Shown here piece by piece: positions 21,301 through 33,800 of a stretch of DNA of 64,000 nucleotides. This stretch comes from a virus (Duplodnaviria; Caudoviricetes). The position numbers were made by a program, and so were the translations under genes. The stretch is taken from the IMG/VR virus record IMGVR_UViG_3300021952_000001, positions 50,356 to 114,355 of that record. One strand, 5' to 3'. The first letter of the stretch is position 1, and every line of letters starts with the position of its first letter. The notes below the pieces were generated by a model. That model was not told the DNA's origin. It searched no databases and saw nothing but the letters and a program-made list of their open reading frames with translations.

Positions 21301-22102
21301 TCCTATGAATATGTATCAAGCTCCAGTTAAAGGTCAAAATAATACATTTCATAATTATTCATGGATTGATGCAATTAATAATATTGTGCCTAGTTTAAGA
21401 CCATCAAATGCTGAAGAACTTAATGGTAGACAATTACTTGGAGAAATGTATGCATTGTCACAAAATCAAGAAGAGCCTGTACAAGCACAACAGTATTCTC
21501 CACAATTAGCTAGTCCTTATTCAATTTCTTTACAAGATCAAATGAATGAGATTACAGCTCAAACAAGAGCTGCTCAAAAAATGGCTCATGGTAATCCAGC
21601 TGCACAAGCTGCTATTGCTGCACAAGCATATGAAGCTATTAATAAAGTGAAAGGTGAAGAATTTAGAATGAATCAAGCATTGGCTGATAAAACCTATACA
21701 GGAAATATTGCAGCTATGAATGATGCTAAACTTAAAAACTTAGGAATCCTTGATCAACAATATGCTAGACAAGCACAAGCTAAATCTAATACTAAAGCTG
21801 TTACACAAGCTGCATTAAATTCTATCTCTGATAAATATGCTAAGAATGCATTAGAGAATAAAACATTGAAAACATATGAGAATATGTACAATTATAGATA
21901 TGATGCAAATGGAAAACTAATCAATATGAATGGTTTAGCTCAATTTAGTCCTTATGGAAGTGCATCAGGTAAAGGTGCAAAAGATTTACCAGAAGGTTAT
22001 GAGTATATTTATGATAAAAATAGTAGACCTATTGATGTTAGAAAAACTCCAAAAGAAAAAGCTAAAAATGGATCTATTGTTAAATCAATAAAAAATCTAT
22101 AA
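18311..22102 (+). CDS. Large cargo/ejection protein with zincin (HELGH) module and glycine-zipper membrane segment
   Basis: ILAHELGH...PNE; GIGGTIGGTLGTALGGPLGGAIG; many AQxG motifs; Q/A/N-rich helical C-terminus. Confidence 0.6.
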   Translation: MKAQMLKLAGVKTEAAFYKKYPTQEAFMKVHGKAFKKAQIGTYIGGEATAAPKPINFNDAYDQADLSITGKTGKMRQEEANKQATLATQQKQSQGGGDIFSQIGGALGNLGEVFAAEYGTHIPKAQIGRNLTPIGQNLTPAGMVNVGPQVGQPQVFNTGTLPNQVNPGQSATMGAIGDAIGKYAGPVGEVIQGYGALRAERQQLKSAQQTQQLSDLALKASNTRPEKTQRRYVRPEDMVTTGNQLSPSYGTGTNILAQDGVTVSGKPVSKKDIRKEKDLVKVLPNSSLYPEDEANYIRTTKSLEGLGKRSKPLEQQATNEFVDWYQHPETLKRFGENTGMDPARLQDFVGKALRTPMRPAKEDDYLTSEDNAKWRSPFWQDQNYRTLNKNTGEILYQPNLESTYGLEKTKNILAHELGHASSLDELLGPKLMGILGEPTHVFKKEKAYIGSPNEAYGNFHEFRKNLGLKPGQKIDESTLKKLTKKKGLDQERFYRAYSPDKITKAINTIAYNPNNNEDVTYAQDGAEIQNTYAPNNLYDDLGYEPLEDSNEVKQYQNGGYANSQDYYNKIINAGQSTGIISGGNVPWDVIGNFGSNVGGAIVGQDAGAGIGGTIGGTLGTALGGPLGGAIGKTLGTVAGGLLDTNDRDMKKAQRATSRNMQGMAFANSVQGVQGQNAAYMEDGGYVSNDWTPQVIAKFGDHSPEDVYDFAHEGMDSLRAGGHLKEYRDPSERAMQTYAMGGELKTHWGGHMEEMSENPYLPDGGVTYMPHGQSHEEADSNGRTGIGITYGDNPVEVERREPIMKLKDGSTGEDNLVVFGNLEIPKYGVELLGDKKAKGMKFKNYVSDLSKSETKQNKTIQKSTDELDSLTPMDSFDKLKLSGLQANILGGNMKLKEIADTKHKAAALQNAINDTAEEFALDADHLAKGRVKTAKMGGKFSKAQDGIDMNAGELDEVKIPVKKIDYMRKALDNTLNPIDIVEPDMTPQGSAIPESAGSPMNMYQAPVKGQNNTFHNYSWIDAINNIVPSLRPSNAEELNGRQLLGEMYALSQNQEEPVQAQQYSPQLASPYSISLQDQMNEITAQTRAAQKMAHGNPAAQAAIAAQAYEAINKVKGEEFRMNQALADKTYTGNIAAMNDAKLKNLGILDQQYARQAQAKSNTKAVTQAALNSISDKYAKNALENKTLKTYENMYNYRYDANGKLINMNGLAQFSPYGSASGKGAKDLPEGYEYIYDKNSRPIDVRKTPKEKAKNGSIVKSIKNL

Positions 22103-22175
22103 CTATTTTAATTATAAAGAATTAACTAAATACATTATGTGGTATTGGATAATATAATTATTCATATTACATTTG
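22098..22175 (+). promoter_or_regulatory. Palindromic operator plus Bacteroidota-type promoter
   Basis: TATAACTATTTTAATTATAAA (20/21 identical to 8031-8051); TACATTTG at 22168-22175. Confidence 0.65.
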
Positions 22176-22192
22176 TTAAATAATAAAACGCT

Positions 22193-24832
22193 ATGGCAAG
22201 TTTTACAGACAATCCTCAACTTCTTACAAACTTTAATCCTTACGTGCAGCAGCTACCAGTAGATGCTATGCGTGAGGTTGGTATGTATAAACAAGCTAAG
22301 TATGATGAGGGTGTACAAAAGATACAAACAGCAATTGATAATGTTGCAGGACTTGATATCATGAATGATGCAGATAAAGGATATTTGCAATCAAAGCTTA
22401 ATGATTTAGGTAGCAATCTAAAAACTGTAGCAGCAGGAGACTTCTCTAATTTCCAATTAGTTAACTCTACAGCTGGTATGGCTAATGCTGTAGCTAATGA
22501 TAAAAATATTCAAACTGCAGTTTTATCTACAAGTAATGTTAGAAAAGGTCAAAAAGAATTAGATAAAGCTAGATCTGAAGGTAAGTCTTCTCCTCAAAAC
22601 GAAGACTTCTGGAATACTCAAGTTAATGAATATTTGCAAAAGAAAGAAGTTGGTCAATCATTCACTGGTCGATATGATCCATATATTGATTTAACTGAAA
22701 AATATGCAAAGGTTGCTAAAGATGTAGAGGCTGTTGATTATAGTTATGATCAACCATATAAAACTAATGCTGATGGATCTTTAAAATATTTTGCTAAAGA
22801 TAAATCAGGTAACCTTGTAGAAACTACAAAAGATAAAGGTCAGCCTGTATTAGATGATGCAATGAAAAGAATTACTAAAAAAGGTAAATCTGCTCAAACT
22901 ATTCTTAATAACTTTCTTAGTTCTACATCTGAAGCTGATAGAAAACAATTGCAAATCGATGCTGCATATCATTATAAAAATGCTACAGCTGATACATTTA
23001 AAAAGGATATATTAGATGTAGCATCATTAAAAAAGAAACAAGCTAATGATCATGTTGTAGAACTTACTGTAGCATTGAAGAACCCAAAAATTCCAGATGC
23101 TGATAAAGCTGCAATGACTGCTGAGTTAACTGATCTACAAACTAGAATAAATGAAGGGTCTTATGAAAAGGAAGCAGCTAGTTTATTAACAGACTTACAA
23201 GATCCTAGTAAACTAAAATCATTTGCTGATAAAGTTTATACACAAAAGTATTTAACTAATCTTGCTCAAGATAAATCTACAGAATCATACAAAGAAGAAC
23301 TTTTAACTAATCCATATGCACAAATGCTTATGGAAAAGAAAAAGTTTCAATTTGAAGTACAAAAAGAAAATGTTAGAGTTAATGAGTGGAATACTGATCA
23401 TGCTTTTGACATACTTAAATGGAAAACTGAAAGAGCAGATAAACTTGAAGAGAAGTTAGAAAAAGCTAGAGAAAAATTAGGAGCTGAACCTATTACTAAT
23501 GAAGGTGCTTTAAGAACAGATCTTCCAAAAGTTACATCAGCAGATATTAGTTCTAAGATAAATTCTAATAATACTCAATTAAAACAATTAGATTCTCAAT
23601 TTTTATCACAGAATAAAAACTATACAAAGAAACAATTAGATGCATTTGCAGATAAATATGACACAGATCCTAATAGTCTTGATTTAAAAGATAATGATCT
23701 TAGATTATATTTGAATCAAAGAAGAAGTATAGATCATGATAACATCCATAACTACTCTTTATTAAAAGGAGTTAATGATGCAACTGCGCACATAGATAAA
23801 GATATTGATACTAGATTAAAATCTTATGGTGGTGTAGTTGATAAAAATGGTAAAGAATTATTTAATTCTAAAGAATTATATTTAGTAAATAAGAAGTTAG
23901 AAAAACTATCTAAAGTTACACAAGTTTATGATCCAGTTAGTGGTGGAAATAAAAATGTATTAAAGTTTGATACAAAAGGTGCTGAAGCAGTTTTAAATCA
24001 ATATAGAGGTACTAAATATGAAACTATAGCTAGAGCTTATATAAATCATAATACTGGAAAACCATTAAGTTATTCAGAAAAAATTGTATATAATAAAGCT
24101 AAACAAATTAGTGAACATGCAGCTCCAGTTGTAAGTGGATTAATTAAACAAAAACTAGATCTTGAATCAAGTTACTTGACAAACAAAATGCCTGAAAGTT
24201 TCAGTATGTCAGGAACATTAAATAAAACAAACAAACTAGATATGCAACATACTGATGCATTGATATCAGATTCAATGAATCCTGCATTAGGAATGTTAGA
24301 TTTAGAAAAATCAAAAGATTTTGATCCAGCAACTGTAAGTAAATGGAAAACTGAAAAGAAACCATTAGACTATAGAATAGTAAAAAATTATGATGGTAGT
24401 GGAGAATTAATTATTCAAAATGGTACAGAGATACAAAAGATACCAATGACACCTGAAACATTTAATAATTATTATCCTCGATATGCTCAAACAAATCCAG
24501 TTACTAGAATCAAAAGTATGATATTAGCATCTCCAGGAAATACAACAAATATTAATAAAAGAGGAGATGCTGTCAATGCACAATTTACAGGATATGATGT
24601 TCCCTTATTGAAAGGAACTAATTATGCAAAAAATGTAAGATTTGATATTGAAGGAGCTAAAAGTAATACAGGTGGAAAAATAGATAACTATCAAGTTAGA
24701 CTTTATGCCTTTGATGGTAAAGTGTGGCATAGTAGTGTCATCAATCAACAAGGATACATAGGAGAAGAGCAAATACAAGATGCTATAAATGGTATCGGTA
24801 TGGATCTCGTTAATTATACATTAAAACATTAA
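22193..24832 (+). CDS. Large ejection/cargo protein preceding the virion RNAP
   Basis: 879 aa helical; FNPYVQQLP N-terminus; synteny. Confidence 0.6.
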   Translation: MASFTDNPQLLTNFNPYVQQLPVDAMREVGMYKQAKYDEGVQKIQTAIDNVAGLDIMNDADKGYLQSKLNDLGSNLKTVAAGDFSNFQLVNSTAGMANAVANDKNIQTAVLSTSNVRKGQKELDKARSEGKSSPQNEDFWNTQVNEYLQKKEVGQSFTGRYDPYIDLTEKYAKVAKDVEAVDYSYDQPYKTNADGSLKYFAKDKSGNLVETTKDKGQPVLDDAMKRITKKGKSAQTILNNFLSSTSEADRKQLQIDAAYHYKNATADTFKKDILDVASLKKKQANDHVVELTVALKNPKIPDADKAAMTAELTDLQTRINEGSYEKEAASLLTDLQDPSKLKSFADKVYTQKYLTNLAQDKSTESYKEELLTNPYAQMLMEKKKFQFEVQKENVRVNEWNTDHAFDILKWKTERADKLEEKLEKAREKLGAEPITNEGALRTDLPKVTSADISSKINSNNTQLKQLDSQFLSQNKNYTKKQLDAFADKYDTDPNSLDLKDNDLRLYLNQRRSIDHDNIHNYSLLKGVNDATAHIDKDIDTRLKSYGGVVDKNGKELFNSKELYLVNKKLEKLSKVTQVYDPVSGGNKNVLKFDTKGAEAVLNQYRGTKYETIARAYINHNTGKPLSYSEKIVYNKAKQISEHAAPVVSGLIKQKLDLESSYLTNKMPESFSMSGTLNKTNKLDMQHTDALISDSMNPALGMLDLEKSKDFDPATVSKWKTEKKPLDYRIVKNYDGSGELIIQNGTEIQKIPMTPETFNNYYPRYAQTNPVTRIKSMILASPGNTTNINKRGDAVNAQFTGYDVPLLKGTNYAKNVRFDIEGAKSNTGGKIDNYQVRLYAFDGKVWHSSVINQQGYIGEEQIQDAINGIGMDLVNYTLKH

Positions 24833-24834
24833 TT

Positions 24835-27800
24835 ATGCCAATTTTTGACAACGAACTTATAAACAATACTTCAAATAGAGGTGCAGCACCTGAGAGACCT
24901 TATTTAGCTTCTCCTGATACACTTGAAGTAGATGTTAATATTAATCCAGTACAGGGAGGTAATATAGGTGGTAACAACATTAGTAGAAAAGGAATGAGTA
25001 TTGATGAGATGTCATCATTAACACATGCTCCTTCTAAAGGTTCTACTTTTAGTTCTCCTATGGGAATGGCTAGAAGAAGTGAGTTGATTGATAACCAACG
25101 TTATCCAGTATATCAAAGAGGTGTTGATCTTGAGAATATATATGGATTACAACAAAGTGCATTTACACAACTAGGACATAGTCTTATTAAAACAGGAATA
25201 CGTGCTGCAGGTACATTTGCTCAGAGTTTAACTAATATTCCTAATGCTATATCAGCAGCTAAGAATGCAGATAGTTCTAAATTAGCAGGTGATCCAAATG
25301 GGTATGAAGGTGGTATAGATCATTGGGTTAATAATTTTGAAAATACTATACCAAACTATTATAGTAGATATGAAAAAGAACATCCTCATTTAGCAATGAT
25401 TCCTGGATTTACAGGATCTGCTAATTTTTGGGGAGAGAGTGTTCTTAAAAACTTAGGATTTACAGCTGGAGCAATTGCTGGTGCAGCTATTCAAGATCTT
25501 GCTGTTGGAGTATTGACAGAAGGTATTGGAGAAATTCCATTAGTGGCTAGCCAGATTGGCAAAGCCTCTTTGTGGTTTAATAAAATCCTTAGTGGTACTA
25601 ATGATGCAGAAAAAGTTCTTGATATAGCAAAAGCTGCTGGAGCAGGACAGAAAGCATTACTTAGTGCTGAGTCATTAGCTCATGCTGCTGCTTATACAAA
25701 AGTTGCTAATGGTTTTAGATATGGTACTAGTTTACTAGGATCTGCTATGACTGAAGCAGGTGTTGAAGGTAGAGATAGTTATGAAACAGTTAAAAAGACT
25801 TTATTAGAAAATTATAAGTTAGATCATCCAGGAGAAGAGATTACTGCTGAGGAAGCTGGTAAGATTGAAGAGTATGCTACTAATGCTATGAATACTAGAT
25901 TTGGTATTAACATGGCATTACTTACTGTTTCTAATGCTATTCAGTTTGATAACTTATTCAAATCTTTTAGTAATGCTGAAAAAGGTGTAGTGGGTTCACT
26001 TACTAAAACTTTAGAAGATACTGGTAAGATAGGATTGAAAGAAGGAAGTCTTGATGTATTTGAAAAGAAAGGTGCAGCCAATATATCAGAAAAAATCTGG
26101 GATGTAGTTAAACCTAAATTAACAAATGTATTATCTGAAGGTGTGTATGAAGAAGGTGGTCAGTTTGCTGCTGAGAAAGGTACCTATGATTACTACACTA
26201 GAAAATATAAAAATCTTAATAATCCTGAGAATAAAAAAAGCTGGGATGCATTAAATGAAACAATGCATTCAACTGCTTATGGATTATCAGAACAATTTAA
26301 TACTACTGAAGGTATAGACAATATGCTTATCGGTGGACTTACTGCTGTTATTACAGGAGGTATTCAAGGTAAGATTGATAACATTAGAGGTAATGGTAAA
26401 GATGCTCGTTTAACCTCTTCTATCAACATGCTTAATAAGTATGGACTTACTGGTATTCTTTCTAATAAATATGACAATACATTAAACTCTATTGGTATAG
26501 CAAAAGAAATGGAAGATGCTGCCAATAGTAAAAATATATTTAAGTACAAGAATTTAAAACATGATATGTTTTTTAATTTTGTACAATCTCGTATTCCTTC
26601 AGGAATGCATGATGTAACAATTGACCAATTAACAATGTTAAAAGATCTTTCTAAAGAAGATTTTGAAAAAACATTTGGTATGGATTTTAATACATCAAAT
26701 AAAAAAACTGTAGATGGTTATGTAGATACATTAATTGATGAAGCTAATTCTATTAAAGAAACAACTGATGCAATTAATAATACATATAAGAATCCATTTA
26801 AGTTTACAGTGGATCCTAAAAATGAAGATGATCATTCAGAAAACTTAAAATATAATACATTTGAATCTTGGAAAACAGATTTATCATATTTTAATTCTGT
26901 AAAAATTGATTCAACTGATAGACTAGCATCTATACAAAATGATTTAATTAATATAAATCCAATGTTGACAAATGCTGGATTAGCTGATATATTAGATAAA
27001 GAATCATTAACTGATTTAGCTAAATCATATGAAGAAGAAGCAAATCGTTTGAATAATACAATTACAGAATATACAAGTAATACTGATAAAAAAGCTACTA
27101 GAGCTCAAGTAAAAACATTACGTACTAATTCTGAAAAGATAAATATTGCTTTAGGTAAAAATGATCTTGACTTAAAAACATTTCATTCATTATTGAATTT
27201 TGAGTTGAATAATCAAGATGCTACTAAAGATGATATTGTAGGTTTAGATAAAGCTCCAGATTTATATAATCTAGGAGCTGATGTTGTTCAACATAACTTA
27301 AGAAAAAAACAAGCTATAGAATCATTTAATAATCTTTCTACTAAGGAAGGATTTGATAAATACTTTAAACAAGCAGATAACATTGCTAATGATGAAGTAG
27401 ATGAAGAAGACTTGTTTCCTCAAAATAAAAAAGAACCTACATTTGTTAATGATTCTAAAGAAAGAGAAAAGTTAGAAGTAGGTAGAGAATATACAATTGA
27501 TAAAACTAAAAGAGTCAATGTAAGAAAGATTGCTGATGATAGATATCAAGTAACAGCTCCTGATGGAACTGTATCATTTCATAAGACAAAAGAATCTGCT
27601 CAAGAAGAAGCTAAAGACTTATCTGGTGAGAACACAAACTTATCTAAAGTTAAAGTGATTGGTATTACAGATGAAGGTCTTGTTAAAGTGGAAGATGTTA
27701 ATGGTGATATATTAAATATTGATCCAAAAAGATTACGTGGATATAGAAGTATTGAAACTCAAGAAGAAAAACTTGCAAAAAATAAAGAACAATTAGATAG

Positions 27801-30800
27801 AGAACAAACTGAAATTGAAAAGAACTCTGGAACTGTAGCAACAGTTGATACATCATCTACTGCTATTCAAGAAGAAGGAAAGTTAAAATCAATATCAAAG
27901 TTATTTACATCTAGTACAACTGCATCTGAAGATTATAGTGATCCTACACAATCTGCAGCACATATAACTCGTTCTAGATCTTTCTTGAATAAAGTTAAAT
28001 CATTTAAGAATAGAAGTAATATAAAAGCTATCTTGGTTACACCTAATCAAGTAAATGCACTTGGTCTTACTGGTCTTGTGCAAATGTCTTATGGTGTTAT
28101 TTTAGAAACTCCATTATCAGATATTGAGAATGTTAATGATATAGATAAAGGATTTGTAGCTCAAGTATTTATTGTACAAGAGAATGGTAAGAATTACTTT
28201 ATATCAGAAGATGGTAAAAAGTTATCTGAAGTGGGAGAGCAAGTTGATGTTAATCAAGTTGTTTTTCAAACTATGCCTACTACATCATTATATTATGATA
28301 ATGGAACTCCTAGATTTAGAAGTGATGAAGAAGCAAAAGCTGAATCATATTCTAATGCATGGAAAGAATATAGATCTCAATTATTCTCTTCTCCAGATAA
28401 TGACTACCGTATATTTGATTTTAATGTATCGAGAGGTATTCCTAATATAGAAGATGATGCTGCAACAAATCAAGTTGGTGATATATTGATTCCAGAATCA
28501 AAAATTAATTCAGCAGAAGGCTTAATTACAATCTCTACAACGGGAGCAATTGATCACAATGGTGAAGCAATCAACTTTCCTGTAGGTGTGCCTGTATTAC
28601 AATATGGTGATACATTACAGTTCTTGAATAATAGAAGATTTAATGATAGAGAAGCTAAAGGTGTTTTCCAAACAATCAAAGCTCTTGCTGAAGATACACT
28701 TAAACAATCTGAAGCTGGTAAGTCTATAAGATTAAATAGAGGGTATACAGATTTCTTACAGAATGTTTTATTCTGGAAATCAAAAGGTAAGGAAACATTA
28801 GCTCCAAACCAAATCAGTCTTAACACTTCTAACATGACTATTAACTTAGGTGGTAATAGTTATGCTTTAACTGATATTGCTAATAATGAATCAGCAATTA
28901 TTGATCAGTTGAAGAATACTTATATTAGTGTAAACAATAAATCTTTAACAAAAGATTTTAGTATTCCTTTTACAGAATATTATATTAACCAAGCTGGTGA
29001 GTTTACCTCTTCAGAATGGAAAAACTATCAATCATTCTTGTTATCTAGCAAATACCCTAGTGGTAAAGTTAGACCAGAAGGAGATACTCCTTTAACAACT
29101 AATGTAGCTAAACCTACAGAAGCTGTTCCTTATTCATTCAAACAAAAGTATTCTACATTAACTGGTGTAGAATTTAATCTTAAAGCTGCTACTCCTAAAA
29201 AAGCTGCACCAGCAAAAACTGCTGGTCCTAAGATTGGTGAGTATAATGTTGATGGTGAGACAGTTAATGATTATAAATTGAGTGGAGATCGTATTGTAAA
29301 CTTTACAGCATCTATTAATGATGGTGTAGTGTCTGCTATTGTAGTTAGTAATTCTATTACACAAGAATTAGCTTCTGATTCACAAAAGATGTCAGATATT
29401 ATAATTCCTCAAGTAAAAGCTATTGCTGAAGAAAAAGGAGAACAGTTTGATGCTACCAAAACAGATGAGCAATATGTATTTGATTATTTATCAAATGCTA
29501 TTGCTAGTGATTTACAAAACCAATTAGCTCCTCAAGAGGAAGTGGTTGAAGAAGTTTCTAAACCTGAAGAAATTATCGAAGAAACTCCAGAGTCTGATAC
29601 ATACAATCCTGAGAATACAGAATATCCAGACGTACCATTTAGAAAGGTTGGTGGTGTAGATGTTGAAAGAATGACAAATACTGACATAGAAGCATTCAAA
29701 GAATGGCATGCTGCTAATGTTCCCAATATTCCATTTGAGATATTACAAAATATTATCACTACACATGATGGAGAAAAAGCTTGGGGAGCATTTGAAAATG
29801 GTGTAGCTAAGTTTATGAAAGGTGGTCAAAGAGGTACAGAGTATCATGAAATCTTTGAAGCCATCTATAATGCTATGTTATCTAAAGATCAACAACAAGA
29901 ATTACTTGATGAGTTTAAATCTAAACCAGGTAAGTTTTTAGATAGAGAATCTGGTAAGAAAATTAATTATGATGAAGCTACAGACTTACAAGCTAAAGAA
30001 AGAATAGCAGATGACTTTGCTGACTTTAGACTTGGTAAACTTGCAGCTAGAACATTAGGTGAAAGAATATCTAAGTTTTTCAAATCAATTGTAGATTTCT
30101 TTAAAGCGTTTGTAACTAAGCCTTCTGTTAAATCAGAATTGTTCAAAGCAATCAATACAGGTAAGTTCAAAGAAGAAGTCTTAAAAGAGACTAATAATGA
30201 ATTTGCTCAATATAGTAGAGTTGGTAAACTTAGTGTAAAACAAACACAAGAGTATATTGAAGATATTACTGCTCGTGCTGCAGGATTTTTATTTAGTGAA
30301 AGTCAAAAAGGTTTATTGTTTTCTCCTGAGAAAATTACTAGTGCAGAAATGTTTAGTAAGATTGAAGCAATGTATATTAAAGAAGGCAAGTTACAAGAAC
30401 TTGGTGCGTCTACATGGAAAGATCTTAAAGTTAAAACTTTAGAAAAGCTTCGTACATTAGGAGTTAATTTTAATGCAGATGATGTAATATCTATTAATGA
30501 TGAAGAAGCAAATAAAAATGATTATGCTCCAGAACCTTTTTCTGTAGATTGGAAAAAGAATTCAACAGGTGCAATTAAGTTTTCTTTATCTACATTATTA
30601 CAAGTAGCTGCAACAAATCAACAGAATAATTTATCTTTGGTATTACCAGCACCTGAATTTTCAAGCGTTAGAGGATTAAAACTTTTAAACTTTAGTAAAG
30701 CATTTGCTACTGTATTAGATAAACTTTCTAATACATCTAGCATAGATGTTGCTACTAATAAACTTTTAGAACTATCTGTTAACGATCCTAATTATGCTAG

Positions 30801-33800
30801 ATTGTATCAACGTGTTCGTGGTACACTTCCACTTAATGAATTTAGTAATGACGATTGGAGATACTTCATTCAGTTCATGCAAACATTTACTAAACAAAAA
30901 CCTGAAGCATTAATCCAATACAAATCTGGAAATGAAGTGTATACTGGAGCTGCTAACTTATATACAGCTGTTTCACAAGTTCAACAAGGTTGGGTTGAGA
31001 ATATGAAAGCTATTGCTAAAGTTCCTAAATCAATTATTAGCTTTGATAAAAAAAATAAAGTTTATGTAATAGATGAAACTAAACTTAAAGAGTTTGATAA
31101 TTCTGAGGATGGGATGATTAACATGTTAAATGCTATAGGTGTTAATTTCTCAGCAGATACATATAAGAGATTAAAAACTTCTCAAAAGAATACATTTGTA
31201 AAAGCTGTAAGCTCTATTAAATCTTATTTAGGTAAGAATAATCAGATCATGAGTATTACAGGTAAGACTCTTGATATCAATGGACAATTATCTAACTTAG
31301 CTGAACTATTAGTTAAAGTTACTAATCCTAATCAAGACTCTACATATTTTGGTGTAGAGGGACAACGTATTGGTACATATGCAAATAATAATGCTCCTTC
31401 ATTATTTGAAAATGAATTTAATGAATCAGAAACATTAGATGAGCTTCTTGAAAAAAGACCTGAATTAAATGATATATTTTCTGAGAACAGTCAAGTACTT
31501 AAGAAAGGTGGATTATTTTTTGACGAAGAAGGTAATAGAATCAAATCTATTAAAGTTAAATACATTCAAGGAACAAAGAATACAGATACAAATAAAGGAA
31601 CATCTACAAGTAAGTTAACTCTTGGTGATAGATTTACACAAGAGATTAACCAAAATATCAATGGTAGATATTATATATTAATTCCTGCAGATGGATCTAC
31701 AGAATGGGCTATGGATTTAGGTAACACTATTTCATTTGCTAATGTGGAAAAAGGTAATGCTTGGAAACAAATCAATAATGTATTCAGAGGATATTTGAAT
31801 GATGAGGTTAGTTTAGCATTAGACTTTGAAAATAGAAAACAATTAAATAATGTAGCTAGTAAAGCTAAAGAACTTCGTTTCTTTAAAGATATTTTATCTG
31901 AAAAAGATTTGAATGCAATTAATGATTTGATTGATAATAATGCTACACAAGAACAAGTAGAGAAATATATAAGTGATAACATTGATACTATTAATGAATC
32001 AATTAAAAACTTTATCGATAGTACAGCTAATGAAACAAAAAATGTATTATTAAATACAGGAGAAGTTCTTTTTATAAATGAAGGAGTATACTCTTATGCA
32101 GGATTAGATAGTACATTTGCTCAAGCTGAAAATTTAGATAAATTTAATATGAATGACGACATCTTAGATAACTTGATGACGTTCACAGCTGCTAATTATA
32201 TTATTAGTAATATTGAATTACATAAAGTATTATTTGGTGATCCTTATCAATTTAAAATTAAAGGTGATCAGTTAGATGAAACTAAACGTATTAAATCTTT
32301 CTTATCTCCAAGATTAACAACATTTGATACACCTGAATACAACACTTGGTTAAATGAAAACATGAATGCTGTAGAAGATATTAAATTAGCTTCTACAGAT
32401 CCTGGGTATCATAATTATAAAGCTTATGCAAATACAATCACTGTTAGTGATATAAATGTAGCAGGAAGTCTTTCTAACTTAGTTAAAGATTATTCTAAAA
32501 CTAATGAGGCTGATGCAATGTCTTGGATATCAGATGGTGCATATAAAGAGGTTAAACTTAAAAATGGTCAATGGAGTAATGAAGCGGAAGCTTTCCATCA
32601 ATGGCAATTGGCTTATACAAGACAAAATTTACCAGGCTATACTTATTCAAGTGATAAGTTAGAAGCTCATGATAAAGAACTTATTAGTAAACCAGCTCCT
32701 AAATATACAATTGAAGTATTAAAACCTATTGTATCTGGAAACAAATATAATAAGAATAATTTTGATCTTGTACTAGATAAGTTCTCTCAAATGCCAATCT
32801 ACTATAGTATGGTAAAAGGTACTAATCTTGAAAACCTTTATATTCAGATGATGAAACAAGGTGTAGATTATGCTATCATGGAATCTGGTAGAAAGGTTGG
32901 TATTGAAGGTATGCATTCATTATACAATGCAGATGGTTCATTCAATGAAGAAGCATTCAATAACAATGTACAAGTTCCTTGGAAAGCTTATGGTATTCAA
33001 GTGGAGACAGCAACTGAAGGTGATAAAACACAAACTAGAGGATCTCAGTTAACTAAACTTTCTAGTATGGACTTATTCAATAATGGTGTTGCATCTAGTC
33101 CAGCAGCTGAGAAAGAATACAAACGTAATACAGACATCTTAAACAAGATGAATGAGAACGCTTACAATACTCTTTTAAACAAACTAGGATTAACTGATAC
33201 AGGTAATGGTTTCACTATGGATAGTGTTACTGTTTCTGAGACATTAGTTTATGAAATGTTAAGAAGAGAAGTTTCTCAAAATACAAAAGATACAGTTCAG
33301 TTAGATGATAATGGTGAATTCCGTATTCCATTTGAAGCATCTCCTTCTTATGTACAAATCAGAAGTATCATTTATGCAATGGTTAATAAGGCTCTTATTT
33401 CTCCAAAGTTAAATGGTGGTGCTCATGTTCAGGTTCCTGCTACAATGTTTGAGTCTGCAACCAAAGGAAGAAGTCTTGCTATCAAAACAGAAAAAGGCTG
33501 GGAGAAAATATCTAAAACAGACTACAATAAATTGTCTGATGAAGATAAAAAGAAAGTGATGTTAACAGATGATACTCTTAAGTTTTACACTAGAGAGAAT
33601 CCGTATTGTGAAGTGATGCTTCCTCATTGGTTCAAAGGTAAGTTTGGAAATAAAACTGATGAAGAGATTATTAAATATCTAAATAATACTGAAGAAGGTA
33701 GATCTATACTTAGTGGTATTGGATTCCGTATTCCTACACAAGCTTTGTCTTCTGTAGAAGTATTTAGAGTGAAAGGTTTTCTTCCACAATATATGGGAGC

